Positions 8,242 through 17,578 are shown, counted from the stretch's first letter. The stretch: 32,000 bases of DNA from Chlamydiota bacterium (GCA_016196885.1 JACPWU010000054.1:1-32000), one strand, 5' to 3'. Notes: a model not told the origin generated them from the letters alone. Numbers and translations are program-made.

Positions 8242-8287
8242 ATAAATAACTTTACAAATTACGCCATTACGACAAGTATTTCCGCAC

Positions 8288-8420
8288 TGTCATTTCGAAC
8301 GAGCCGAGGCGAGTGAGAAATCTTTCTCTTAAAGTATAGCAAGGGATGTTACGTTTGGGGGAAGGATTTCTCAGTCGGGTAGTCCAATCTGACATTGGAC
8401 TACCCTTCTTCGAAATGACA
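8288..8420. repeat. 133-bp nested-palindrome element, the ORF-less relative of the GIY-YIG-framing repeats
   Basis: Outer inverted repeat TGTCATTTCGAA (8288-8299) / TTCGAAATGACA (8409-8420). Inner inverted repeat GAGAAATC (8315-8322) / GATTTCTC (8365-8372). It also holds a perfect 12-bp hairpin at 8377-8405. The left half recurs at 16572-16606. The right half recurs at 16908-16922, 17656-17696 and 18641-18696. Confidence 0.65.
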
Positions 8421-8463
8421 AGACTGCACACTGTTAATTTGGCTTTCATTCGAAAAGGGCTTT

Positions 8464-10662
8464 CTATTTTGACTTTTTCAGTCTCGTCAAAGGCATGCCC
8501 GCAAGCCAAGGGAGAATCAAGAGTGCGGCGCCGACGTCGATGAGGGTTCCAACAACGACGGATAATCCAAATCTTTGCGTCGGCGGAAAATTTGAAAGGG
8601 CAAAGATGCCAAAGCCAGAGCTCACGATCAGGGCAGAACTCAAGATGGCCTTGCATTGGCTGAGCCGGGCCTTGACCCAGGCCTCCCAGAGATTCATGCC
8701 CGGGTTTTGCTGGAGCAGTCGCCGAGCGGCAATGCTGGTGTAGAGCATGGCGTCAATGCCCGTGCCCAGGGCCACGTTGGAGGCGGGTGCGCAGATAATG
8801 TCGAGTGGAACGCCCCAGTATCCATTCAGACCCAGAATCACGACTGGAATGGTGAGCAAGCCCAGAATAATGGAGACCGTGGTTCGTATTGAAAATGAAA
8901 TGATAAAGGCGATGATTGCGAAAATGACGTAAAGGCCTCCGAGGCCATAAACCAGGCTTGAGACTACCAGTTTAGCCAACTTCCCTTGCAAAAGGTAAAT
9001 TCCTCCAACAAGTTCGGGTTTGAATCCATAGTCTTGAACAACGGATTCAATGCCCTTCACGATTTCTAGACGCGAGATGTTATTCATACTGGACTCTTTC
9101 ATTCTCAAAAGAAAGTAACCATATTGGCGATCGTCCGTGACAAAATTTCGGGCCAATTGCGCATATTCTTGTATTTTTTGCAAAAGCCCTTCCCAAGAGA
9201 GAAGAAAGGAAAGTGGGGCCCGTTTTCCTTCGGCCATGATGATGGGAAGAGAAATCACAACGCCGACAAAAGAATAATTCTCAAGGGCCTTTTGAAGGTC
9301 CCACATTTTTTGATAGGCCTCTTGGGTGTTGAGTTTTTTCCCATCGGCATCCTGAATCACAAGTTTAAGAGGGCTGCTTCCTCCATTTCGATCAATGTAT
9401 TCGAGGCCTTCTCTCAAGGGACTGTGAGGGGCAAAATAAGAAAGCAGGCTGGGGTCCGTGTTTAATTTTTGAAAGCCTGTTGAAAGGAGGAGGGAAAGGG
9501 TCATGAGCCCGATGACGATTGTGCTGTGACGAGGTGTTAAGAGTCTGCGAAAAATTTTGGGGACGCTTTCCTTCTCATGTTGAACAGGTTTTAAAAGCCC
9601 TAAAAAAACAGGATAAATCAAATAGGCCGATAGAAAGGCAATCACGGTTCCAATGGATCCTGCGAGTCCCAATTCTCTCAAGGGCTTGGCCTGGACGCGC
9701 AAAAGGCTTAAAAAGCCGAGCAAGGTCGTGAACATGCTCCAAAAAGATCCGACCCATGTCAGTCGAATGGTTTTTAAAAGCGGGTGATGAGAGGAATCCT
9801 GATTTTGAGAGAAACTTTTCCAATTAAACGTGAGAAAGAGAATGGGAGAAAGGGTTAAAATGAAAACAAGGGTGGTTAGATTCGCTGTTAAAATTCCGAT
9901 TTTGACATGAAAGGCTTGTGTGAGGACAAGAGAGAGGGTGCAGGAAAGAACGCAAGAAATGACCGTGCCCATTAGGATGATAAAAGATCGAAAGATGATG
10001 AAGAGGACAGTTCCAAATAAAAGGGCTGCGCATAGGCTGAAGGTTCTTAAATCATGGAGTAGATTTCTTCGAATCTGTTCCACAATGTAAGGGACCCCTG
10101 AAATTTTGAGTTCAAAATCGGCCCGATTAAATTGATTTAGAATTTCTTCAATTTTGGGAATGCTTTCCTGAAATGAGACCTCTTTCATTAAAACCAAGAG
10201 GTGGGTGGATTTTCCATCTTCTGAAAGGAGAAGACGCCGCCACAGAGGGCTTGAAAGGGCGTCTTTGATGTCATCGGGGCCATGGGTGATGCTTTTAACG
10301 GCTGTAATTTCAGGAAGAGAGGAGAGTGTTTCACTGAGGGAGAGAATAGAATTGAAATAGGCGGGAGATTCAATTTGTCCAATGGCGCTGATGATGATGA
10401 GATTGGGCGCCCCTTCCGGGAAAATTTTAGCAATTTCAAAATCAGCCTGAAGTTCCGGATCGTCGCTTGAGAAAAAGAAATCGCTGTCTACATGTGGGGT
10501 CAAATCTACGGATTTAAAGAGAGTGAGGACAATTCCGAGAAGACAAAGAACGAGAAAAAGAAGTTTGTAACGATTCAGCAAGCTTGTGACCCAGGGAATG
10601 ATCGGATGTCGTTTTTTCTTCCAATCCATAAAAGATTTCAAGATCTGCCAGGACTTTGACAT
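8464..10662 (-). CDS. MMPL / RND-superfamily exporter (two 6-TM bundles with periplasmic loops)
   Basis: 732 aa. Two clusters of transmembrane helices are each preceded by a large soluble loop. The overall pattern resembles COG1033/HpnN-like exporters. Confidence 0.8.
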   Translation of the reverse strand: MSKSWQILKSFMDWKKKRHPIIPWVTSLLNRYKLLFLVLCLLGIVLTLFKSVDLTPHVDSDFFFSSDDPELQADFEIAKIFPEGAPNLIIISAIGQIESPAYFNSILSLSETLSSLPEITAVKSITHGPDDIKDALSSPLWRRLLLSEDGKSTHLLVLMKEVSFQESIPKIEEILNQFNRADFELKISGVPYIVEQIRRNLLHDLRTFSLCAALLFGTVLFIIFRSFIILMGTVISCVLSCTLSLVLTQAFHVKIGILTANLTTLVFILTLSPILFLTFNWKSFSQNQDSSHHPLLKTIRLTWVGSFWSMFTTLLGFLSLLRVQAKPLRELGLAGSIGTVIAFLSAYLIYPVFLGLLKPVQHEKESVPKIFRRLLTPRHSTIVIGLMTLSLLLSTGFQKLNTDPSLLSYFAPHSPLREGLEYIDRNGGSSPLKLVIQDADGKKLNTQEAYQKMWDLQKALENYSFVGVVISLPIIMAEGKRAPLSFLLSWEGLLQKIQEYAQLARNFVTDDRQYGYFLLRMKESSMNNISRLEIVKGIESVVQDYGFKPELVGGIYLLQGKLAKLVVSSLVYGLGGLYVIFAIIAFIISFSIRTTVSIILGLLTIPVVILGLNGYWGVPLDIICAPASNVALGTGIDAMLYTSIAARRLLQQNPGMNLWEAWVKARLSQCKAILSSALIVSSGFGIFALSNFPPTQRFGLSVVVGTLIDVGAALLILPWLAGMPLTRLKKSK

Positions 10663-10783
10663 ACCACCGTCCTTTGCCTAAAGGAATATGGGAAGAAATG
10701 GATTCTTCAAATAACAGATTCCATTTTACCAAAGTTGGCGTTGGGAATAGAATAGAATTTCAATCAAAATATGAAGAGACGCG

Positions 10784-11563
10784 ATGATGCATTCAAGGCT
10801 TCTTCAAACGATTTTCCTGTGTGTTTTTATAGCCTCTCAAATTTGTCAGGCACAAGAAAAGGTTCAGCCTCCTTCTAAACGGGCGAGCTCTCTGATGGGT
10901 TATGCCTTGCCTTGGGATTGGGATCGGGTGGATTCGCAGCATTTTGCAGACGTTTTGTATTCAGCGGGATGTACAGCAACCCTTATTGAAATTGATAACA
11001 AGAGAGATCCTTCCTTTGTTGCAAGTTGGGTGAAGCCCTTTCGCGGAAGGGGAATCACGGTCGAGGTGGTGGTGATGAATTCCAATACGTTGTCTCTGCA
11101 TCAATTACCTGTCTCCTGGTTTGAGAATTATCTGATAGAATTGGAGAAAGTTTTAAATCCAAAAGGGGTCATCCTCCAGCCTGTTTCAGAACCGGGTAAT
11201 CGCGGGGGCGATCGAGAAAAAATAGAACATTGGATCGAATTTGGCCTGATTCATTGGCCGGGTCCGACCGCTTTAAGTATAGGATGGCCTTGGGGGGACC
11301 GGTATAAAAACAAGGCAACTTATTGGGAAGAGCATTGGTGTCGCGACTTTAGTGAAAAAACGATTCGATCAGACAGCAAATACATTAATACGACGGATTG
11401 CTCTACGATGATTGACATCTCTGCCGATCGGGTCTATCAATTGGCTAAGATTGCTGTGAAGAAAAAAGCCAATTTTATTTATTATCATGGAAATCCAAAA
11501 GGACCTCTCCAAATGGATAAAGAAAAGATCAAGGCCCTTGCTCGGGCGATACAGGAATCTTGA
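10784..11563 (+). CDS. Secreted hypothetical protein
   Basis: The N-terminal signal peptide is MMHSRLLQTIFLCVFIASQICQA/QE. I recognise no family with confidence. The SEPG and EEHW motifs are faintly reminiscent of clan GH-A TIM-barrel hydrolases. Confidence 0.55.
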   Translation: MMHSRLLQTIFLCVFIASQICQAQEKVQPPSKRASSLMGYALPWDWDRVDSQHFADVLYSAGCTATLIEIDNKRDPSFVASWVKPFRGRGITVEVVVMNSNTLSLHQLPVSWFENYLIELEKVLNPKGVILQPVSEPGNRGGDREKIEHWIEFGLIHWPGPTALSIGWPWGDRYKNKATYWEEHWCRDFSEKTIRSDSKYINTTDCSTMIDISADRVYQLAKIAVKKKANFIYYHGNPKGPLQMDKEKIKALARAIQES

Positions 11564-11595
11564 AAAAATTTCATTTTGAATGAAAAAGTTTAACC

Positions 11596-12951
11596 ATGAA
11601 CTTCTCTAAAAATAGGCATGTTTTTTTGATTCTAGGTTTAACACTTATTTATTTTGCATCTGTTTCTCTCGAAGCAGTAGAAATTCTCTCAGATGTTCCA
11701 GAAGCTGTAACAAGTGAGACCCTCCAAAAGAGGAAGCTAACCCTTCTCGAAGCCTATCAACTTGCTTTGAAGCAAAGTGAGGCAGTCGCTTTGAGCGTGG
11801 AGGAAATCCATCAGGCCCGCGCCCGGTTTTACCGAGCGTTTGATTATGTTCTGCCAAGGGTAGATTATATTATGTCACACACAGAGCGGGATGCCCCTCA
11901 TAATGCCGCTCCCGCGGGGGGCATTGGAGGTGATTTTACGAGGTCGGTGACGCCTGAAAATAGATTCACGTTCATACAACCTCTTTTCAGCGGCTTCAAA
12001 GAAATAGCGGCCTTGCAAGGCAGTGGGGCAGATAAAAAGCAGCAACTCTTAAATTGGAGACGTGCAAAGGAACTTTTATTTATAGATGTGATGGATGCTT
12101 ATTATGCAGTGCTTCAAGCGAAGAGAAATGTGAAGACGCTGAAGAATTCCCGTCAATTGGGAAGGGATCGGCTGAAGGAATTAGATGAGAGAATTAAAGT
12201 CGGGCGTTCGCGAGAAACTGAAAAGCAGACAGCCCTTGCAGATTTAAGATTGGTGGAGTCGGATCTGGTCCAGGCGGAGTCTCTCCTGAAAACCTCTCAA
12301 CAGTTGCTCGAGTTTTACATAGGTGAATCTCTGGAAGCGCGGGTCTTGGTAGATGAAAAGATTCCTTTTGAAACCTTTGTCCCTTCAGAATTCGAGAAAA
12401 AGGCCGAGGCACGTGCCGATGTTCAAGCGGCAGAGCAAAGATATATTCTTGCAAAAAAAGAATTATTCATCGCCAGAGCCGATCTTTTTCCAACGATTAC
12501 GGCCAGAGGAAATTATTTTACCAAACGTGTTGGGTTTCAATCTGGAGACGATTGGGACGTGGCTGTTGAGCTGAATATCCCTGTGTTTGAATGGGGGAGT
12601 ATTTGGGGCAATATCAGAGCAGCCCTTGCGACGCGCGAGAGTAAAAGACTTTTATGGCAACAGGCGAGGCGTTCGGCTCTCTTAGATATTCAAAATGCGT
12701 TTGAAGATTTGGACATGGCCCATTTAAATGCAAAAGCCCTTTGGAGGGCGAAAAAAGCTTCCGAAAAAAATTATCAACTGGTAGCGAGTGATTACCGCGT
12801 GAACCTGGTGAATAATTTAGAAGTCTTAGATGCGCTTCGCCGATTGCAAGACATTGAATTGCGTTCCAATGAAGCCCATTATCAGTTGAAGAAAAGTTTT
12901 TGGAAGTTTAAGGTTGCGTTGGGAGAGGTTTTGGAGGGAGTAGAAACATGA
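11596..12951 (+). CDS. TolC-family outer membrane efflux protein
   Basis: It has a signal peptide and two tandem coiled-coil/beta repeats typical of OEP/TolC. Its stop overlaps the RND start in an ATGA 4-nt overlap. Confidence 0.85.
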   Translation: MNFSKNRHVFLILGLTLIYFASVSLEAVEILSDVPEAVTSETLQKRKLTLLEAYQLALKQSEAVALSVEEIHQARARFYRAFDYVLPRVDYIMSHTERDAPHNAAPAGGIGGDFTRSVTPENRFTFIQPLFSGFKEIAALQGSGADKKQQLLNWRRAKELLFIDVMDAYYAVLQAKRNVKTLKNSRQLGRDRLKELDERIKVGRSRETEKQTALADLRLVESDLVQAESLLKTSQQLLEFYIGESLEARVLVDEKIPFETFVPSEFEKKAEARADVQAAEQRYILAKKELFIARADLFPTITARGNYFTKRVGFQSGDDWDVAVELNIPVFEWGSIWGNIRAALATRESKRLLWQQARRSALLDIQNAFEDLDMAHLNAKALWRAKKASEKNYQLVASDYRVNLVNNLEVLDALRRLQDIELRSNEAHYQLKKSFWKFKVALGEVLEGVET

Positions 12952-15900
12952 CCCTTTCAGATATTTCTATTAAAAATCCTGTTTTTGCCTGGATGCTCAT
13001 GGTGGGGATCATGGTGTTCGGGGTGATTGGTTTTTCGCATTTGGGGGTGAGTCAGCTCCCCGATGTGGATTTTCCGGTGGTGTCTGTAGGCATTGCCTGG
13101 GAGGGAGCTGCTCCTGAAGTCATGGAAACAGAAATCACGGATGTGATCGAAGATGCCGTGATGAACATTCAGGGAATTAAGGAAGTATCTTCCACTTCAG
13201 CCCAAGGGCAATCTCAAATTTCGATTGAGTTTGAATTAAATCGCAATATAGATGTCGCTCTTCAAGAAGTACAAACCAAAATCGCTCAGGCTCAAAGAAA
13301 TTTGCCACGCGATATTGATCCTGCCATTGTGACCAAGACAAATCCTGAAGACCAGCCGATTATGTGGTTTGCGCTTTCAGGGGACCGACCTCTCAAGGAC
13401 TTGACGCGTTATATCAGTGAGACTTTAAAAGACCAGGTCACGACAGTCAAAGGCGTGGGAGAGGTTCGACTGGGGGGATTTGTGGATCCCAATTTGAGGG
13501 TGTGGCTGGACGAAAAAAAGATGAAGGAGAAACAGCTCACGGTGGAGGATGTTCTCAATGCCATCAGCGAGCAACACACAGATCTTCCTGCGGGTTACAT
13601 TGATACAGGCCCTCAAGAGATTAACGTCAGGGTTTACGGAGAGGCTTCTACCCCTGAAGAATTTTCAAAAATGATTATTCCTCAGCGTGTGCGTGGCGGT
13701 CCTGTTTGGAATCAGCTTAAAATTGAGGATGTAGGGTGGGTGGAAGATGGTCTAGCAGACATTCGCCGCATTTCTCGCAGTGGCGGACGCCTTGCAGTGG
13801 GACTGGGCATTGTCAAGCAGCGTGGGTCCAATGCGGTGGCGGTGGCGAATGCCGTTCGGCAAAAGGTGAGTGAGCTTCAAAAGGCATTGCCTGAAAAAAT
13901 GTATTTGAAGCAGGTCTTTGACACAACCCAATTTATTCGGTCTTCTGTGAACGAGCTGGAATTTAATTTAATGCTCTCCGTGATTTTAACCTCGATCGTC
14001 TGTTTCTTTTTTCTGGGTTCCTGGAGTGCAACTTTTAATGTGTTGCTCTCAATACCCACTTCTCTCTTGGGCGCATTCCTCGTGATTTATTTTCTGGGGT
14101 TTACCATCAACACCTTTACCATGCTCGGACTTTCATTGGTCATTGGGATTGTCGTGGACGATGCCATTATGGTTTTGGAAAATATTTCTCGTTATCAGGA
14201 GCAGGGCCTGTCACGTATAGAGGCGGCAAAGACAGGCGCCCGTGAAATCACCTTTGCGGCCATGGCGGCGTCTCTGGCCATTCTGGCGATTTTCATTCCC
14301 GTGATTTTCATGCAAGGGACGATCGGCCGATTCTTTTATCAATTTGGGGTCACCATTTCTGTGGCGGTGATGTTTTCACTCCTAGAGGCTCTGACCCTTG
14401 CGCCCATGCGCTGTTCTCAATTTTTAGAAGTGGGTCACACGACTCGGCTTGGGAAATTTGTGGATCGAGGGATGAATGGACTCACGCGTTTTTATCGTTT
14501 TATTCTTTCCTTTTTGTTAAACCACCGAAAGAAAGTTCTCTTCCTTGCGACGCTCATTTTTATTTCCTCTCTTTATCTGACCACGCTTTTGAAAAAAGAG
14601 TTTGTTCCCTCCCAGGACCAAAGTCGTTTTCTGGTTCGCATCATGCTTCCTCTTGGATCCTCGATTGGAAAGACAGACGAGCTTTTTAAAAAGGCGGAGG
14701 CCTTTTTAATGAAAAGACCGGAGGTGGCCAGTTATTACAGTGCGGTCGGTGGTTTCGGTGGAAGTCAGGTGAATCAAGGAATGCTTTTTGTCACGATGAA
14801 ACCGATGAAGGAGAGACCTGTCATAAACGCTCGTCCCGAAACCCAAGCAGAATTAATGCAAGTGGTCCGTAAAGAATTCAATGCCATTCCAGGCGTTGAG
14901 CGAGCCGTCATCCAGGATTTGTCTCTCTCCGGATTTTCTGCGCAACGAGGTTTCCCTGTGGAATTCACGATTCGAGGGCCTGATTTTGACAAACTTGGCG
15001 AGTTGAGTGAAAAAATGATGAAACAAATGAAAGACTCAGGAGCCATGATAGACATTGATACCGACTATCAATTGGGCATGCCCGAGATGAAAATTTATCC
15101 GGATCGTCAAAAGGCAGCGGATCATGGCGTGAGTGTTCATTCCATTGCCAATACCATCAACGCAACAGTGGGTGGCATTCGGAGTGGAAAGTTTACGAGC
15201 CATGGGAAGCGCTATGACATTCGTGTTCGACTGGCAAAAGAAGATCGCTCGAGTTCAGAAGATATCGGAAAAATATGGGTGAGCAATCGGCAGGGAGAAG
15301 TGTTGCCCTTGTCAGAGGTGATTACCTCTGAAACCAAGCCCACTTTATTTTCCATTACACGTAAAAACAGAGAACGGGCGGTGAGCATTTTTGCAAATCC
15401 TGCTCCCGGCCATTCTCAGCAAGAGGCTTTGCTCATGGTTCGGAAAATAGCCAAGCAAGTTTTGCCGGGCGATTATCACGCCATTTTTTCGGGAGGATCT
15501 CAGGCCTTTAGGGAATCCTTCAACAGTTTGATTTTTGCACTCGTCTTGGGCCTTTTTGTGGCCTATATGGTCTTGGCGACCCAGTTCAATAGCTTCCTTC
15601 ATCCTGTCACAGTTCTTTTGGCCTTGCCCTTCAGCGTGACGGGTGCCTTTGTGGCTCTTTATCTTAAAGGAAGCTCTCTGAATCTTTACAGCATGATTGG
15701 GCTTATTCTTCTGATGGGCATCGTGAAGAAAAATTCCATCTTGCTCGTGGACTTTACCAATGAACGGCGCAAACAGGGCCTGAGTGTTCGGGAAGCCCTC
15801 TTAAATGCATGTCCTGTGCGACTGCGGCCCATTCTGATGACCTCGGTTGCTACGGTTGCAGCCGCCATTCCAGAAGCATTTTCAAAAGGTGCAGGATCAG

Positions 15901-16040
15901 AAACCATGGTGCCCATGGCTGTGGCAATTGTCGGAGGTGTCACCTTTTCGACGCTGCTCACCCTTTTTGTGGTTCCTTGTGCTTATGAGACATTTTCAAA
16001 ATTGGAAAAGAGGGCGTATCAAGTGGGTGAGCAAATGTGA
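12948..16040 (+). CDS. RND efflux pump inner-membrane permease (AcrB/HAE1-like)
   Basis: 1030 aa. The N-terminus is LSDISIKNPVFAWMLM. It has the 12-TM plus two large periplasmic loop architecture and a VVDDAIMVLENI motif. Confidence 0.95.
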   Translation: MTLSDISIKNPVFAWMLMVGIMVFGVIGFSHLGVSQLPDVDFPVVSVGIAWEGAAPEVMETEITDVIEDAVMNIQGIKEVSSTSAQGQSQISIEFELNRNIDVALQEVQTKIAQAQRNLPRDIDPAIVTKTNPEDQPIMWFALSGDRPLKDLTRYISETLKDQVTTVKGVGEVRLGGFVDPNLRVWLDEKKMKEKQLTVEDVLNAISEQHTDLPAGYIDTGPQEINVRVYGEASTPEEFSKMIIPQRVRGGPVWNQLKIEDVGWVEDGLADIRRISRSGGRLAVGLGIVKQRGSNAVAVANAVRQKVSELQKALPEKMYLKQVFDTTQFIRSSVNELEFNLMLSVILTSIVCFFFLGSWSATFNVLLSIPTSLLGAFLVIYFLGFTINTFTMLGLSLVIGIVVDDAIMVLENISRYQEQGLSRIEAAKTGAREITFAAMAASLAILAIFIPVIFMQGTIGRFFYQFGVTISVAVMFSLLEALTLAPMRCSQFLEVGHTTRLGKFVDRGMNGLTRFYRFILSFLLNHRKKVLFLATLIFISSLYLTTLLKKEFVPSQDQSRFLVRIMLPLGSSIGKTDELFKKAEAFLMKRPEVASYYSAVGGFGGSQVNQGMLFVTMKPMKERPVINARPETQAELMQVVRKEFNAIPGVERAVIQDLSLSGFSAQRGFPVEFTIRGPDFDKLGELSEKMMKQMKDSGAMIDIDTDYQLGMPEMKIYPDRQKAADHGVSVHSIANTINATVGGIRSGKFTSHGKRYDIRVRLAKEDRSSSEDIGKIWVSNRQGEVLPLSEVITSETKPTLFSITRKNRERAVSIFANPAPGHSQQEALLMVRKIAKQVLPGDYHAIFSGGSQAFRESFNSLIFALVLGLFVAYMVLATQFNSFLHPVTVLLALPFSVTGAFVALYLKGSSLNLYSMIGLILLMGIVKKNSILLVDFTNERRKQGLSVREALLNACPVRLRPILMTSVATVAAAIPEAFSKGAGSETMVPMAVAIVGGVTFSTLLTLFVVPCAYETFSKLEKRAYQVGEQM

Positions 16041-16063
16041 TGTCATAAATGGAGGTGTTGCTC

Positions 16064-16549
16064 ATGTTAAGAAAAATACTTTTTCTTTTAGGATGGTCCC
16101 TTGTGTTTTGCGAGGGAAGTTTTTCACAAGAGGGGGATGCCATGAAAGAATCCAATTACAATAAAACAGAAGAAGAGTGGTCAAAAGTTTTGACACCCGA
16201 ACAATATCAGGTGTTACGCATGAAGGGAACGGAACAGCCATTCACAGGGAAATATAATATTTTCTTTAGAAAAGGGAAATACGTCTGTGGGGCTTGTGGA
16301 TATGAATTATTTGACTCAGGAAGTAAATTTGAATCCCATTGCGGCTGGCCCAGTTTTGACCGATCTATAGAAGAGGGAAGAATCAAAGAGGTCAAGGACA
16401 CTTCTCACGGCATGGTCCGAACCGAGATTTTATGCGCCCGATGCGGCAGTCACCTCGGGCATGTCTTCAACGATGGCCCCACTGAAACAGGGCTACGCTA
16501 TTGTGTGAATTCACTCTCACTTGATTTCAAGGGAGAGAAGGAGGAGTAA
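16064..16549 (+). CDS. msrB: Peptide-methionine (R)-S-oxide reductase MsrB with an N-terminal signal peptide
   Basis: SelR motifs are present: CGACG and CARCG zinc cysteines, GWPSF, HLGHVF and RYCVNS. ATG 16064 is preferred because GGAGG lies 8 nt upstream. The N-terminus [16 protein letters not shown] looks like a signal peptide. Confidence 0.9.
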   Translation: MLRKILFLLGWSLVFCEGSFSQEGDAMKESNYNKTEEEWSKVLTPEQYQVLRMKGTEQPFTGKYNIFFRKGKYVCGACGYELFDSGSKFESHCGWPSFDRSIEEGRIKEVKDTSHGMVRTEILCARCGSHLGHVFNDGPTETGLRYCVNSLSLDFKGEKEE

Positions 16550-16571
16550 GTACGAGCTCTCCGACACGCTT

Positions 16572-16606
16572 TGTCATTTCGAACGAGCCGAGGCGAGTGA
16601 GAAATC
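16572..16606. repeat. Left half-repeat of the GIY-YIG-framing element
   Basis: TGTCATTTCGAACGAGCCGAGGCGAGTGAGAAATC is identical to 8288-8322. Confidence 0.7.
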
Positions 16607-16683
16607 CGACCTACAAGGTCGTCCCGAGCGAGAGCGAGGGATATTGTGTTTGCGTACAACGATGAATCTTGTTTTTAAGAGTA

Positions 16684-16881
16684 ATGAGGGATTTTGCGTT
16701 GACCAAAACATACTATGTTTATCTCATGACCCATTGGAACCATAGAGTGATATATGTTGGTGTCACCAACGACTTACAGAGAAGAGTGTATGAACATAAA
16801 AATAAGTTGGTTGAGGGTTTCACAACAAAATACAATAAAACAACGAATCCACAATGGATGGATTTGAGTCAGAGTTTTTAA
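16684..16881 (+). pseudogene. GIY-YIG nuclease (UPF0213/COG2827-type) with an in-frame internal deletion
   Basis: YYVYLMT...VIYVGVTNDLQRRVYEHKNKLVEGFTTKYN matches the N-terminal half of small GIY-YIG proteins. It then jumps directly to the C-terminal NPQWMDL. The central segment, which normally carries the conserved Glu, is missing. Confidence 0.7.
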
Positions 16882-16998
16882 GATGTTTGCTTTAGGCTAT
16901 AGACAAAGATTTCTCAGTCGGGCGTTCGTAATGCACGCAGGTTAAACGAGAGGCTTGACTTTCATTGCTGAGAATCTTGGGCTGTACACGACATACTC

Positions 16999-17199
16999 TC
17001 AAGTAAAATGCTGGAGTAATTCCATGTCTTTACGGATCAGCTGATTCACTATCTCACCCATATTCGTGTGCTTCTTTTGAGCGATTCTTTCCAATCGGTT
17101 TTGCAACTCCGAGTTCAAATAGATGGGCAAACGGAGTTTTGCTCCCTTATGGTAAAATTTTCCTCTTTGTGCTTTTGAAAAATCATATTCTTTTCGCAT
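16999..17199 (-). CDS. brnA: BrnA-like ribbon-helix-helix antitoxin
   Basis: 66 aa. The MRKEYDFSKAQRGKFY N-terminus and the LPIYLNSELQNRLERIAQ RHH-like region are typical of antitoxins paired with BrnT. It lies directly downstream of the brnT remnant. Confidence 0.65.
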   Translation of the reverse strand: MRKEYDFSKAQRGKFYHKGAKLRLPIYLNSELQNRLERIAQKKHTNMGEIVNQLIRKDMELLQHFT

Positions 17200-17208
17200 A
17201 AGAGCTCC

Positions 17209-17406
17209 TTATAGATACTGCTTTATTTCAGTTTTTGTCGCTTTCCGAGCCGATATGATTCGAATATAAGCATTGTGACTTCCTGTCTCATGAAAAGCAT
17301 GGCACACCACGAGCAAAATACCGTTCTGGTCGATGCCCAAAGTAATCCATCTGTCTTCTTCCTGACTGTGATCTGGATCAAAACGTGACAATGCTCTAGC
17401 CCGCAT
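17209..17406 (-). pseudogene. brnT: BrnT (DUF497) toxin, 5'-truncated
   Basis: FDPDHSQEEDRWITLG...IRIISARKATKTEIKQY matches the C-terminal two thirds of BrnT. The roughly 30-35 aa N-terminal part is absent. The apparent ATG (17404-17406) lies inside the terminal repeat of palindromic element E2. Confidence 0.7.
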
Positions 17407-17578
17407 TTCTCATCACATTTCTGCTGCGAACGCCGATTCCGCCTCGTCTGCTTCGTCAGACTCGGTCGGCCACGCTCAACATACTGTAAAGTATGCCTCG
17501 CATGGCCTCGGTCGTCTTCCTCGCATCCAAAGCGGACTCGGCGCTCTCGCGACGAAATCTGATGAGAAATGCGGGCTA
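17397..17578. repeat. 182-bp imperfect palindrome E2 (MITE-like)
   Basis: 25-nt terminal inverted repeats, TAGCCCGCATTTCTCATCACATTTC (17397-17421) / GAAATCTGATGAGAAATGCGGGCTA (17554-17578), with 1 mismatch. The centre of symmetry is CATACTGTAAAGTATG (17479-17494). No clear target-site duplication was seen. Confidence 0.6.

Noticed and set aside
8267-8656. 129-aa and 65-aa ORFs spanning the ZIP/MMPL intergenic repeat.
   Set aside because: They run through the 133-bp palindromic element and into the antisense of the MMPL 3' end. Similar repeat-derived peptides recur wherever the repeat occurs.
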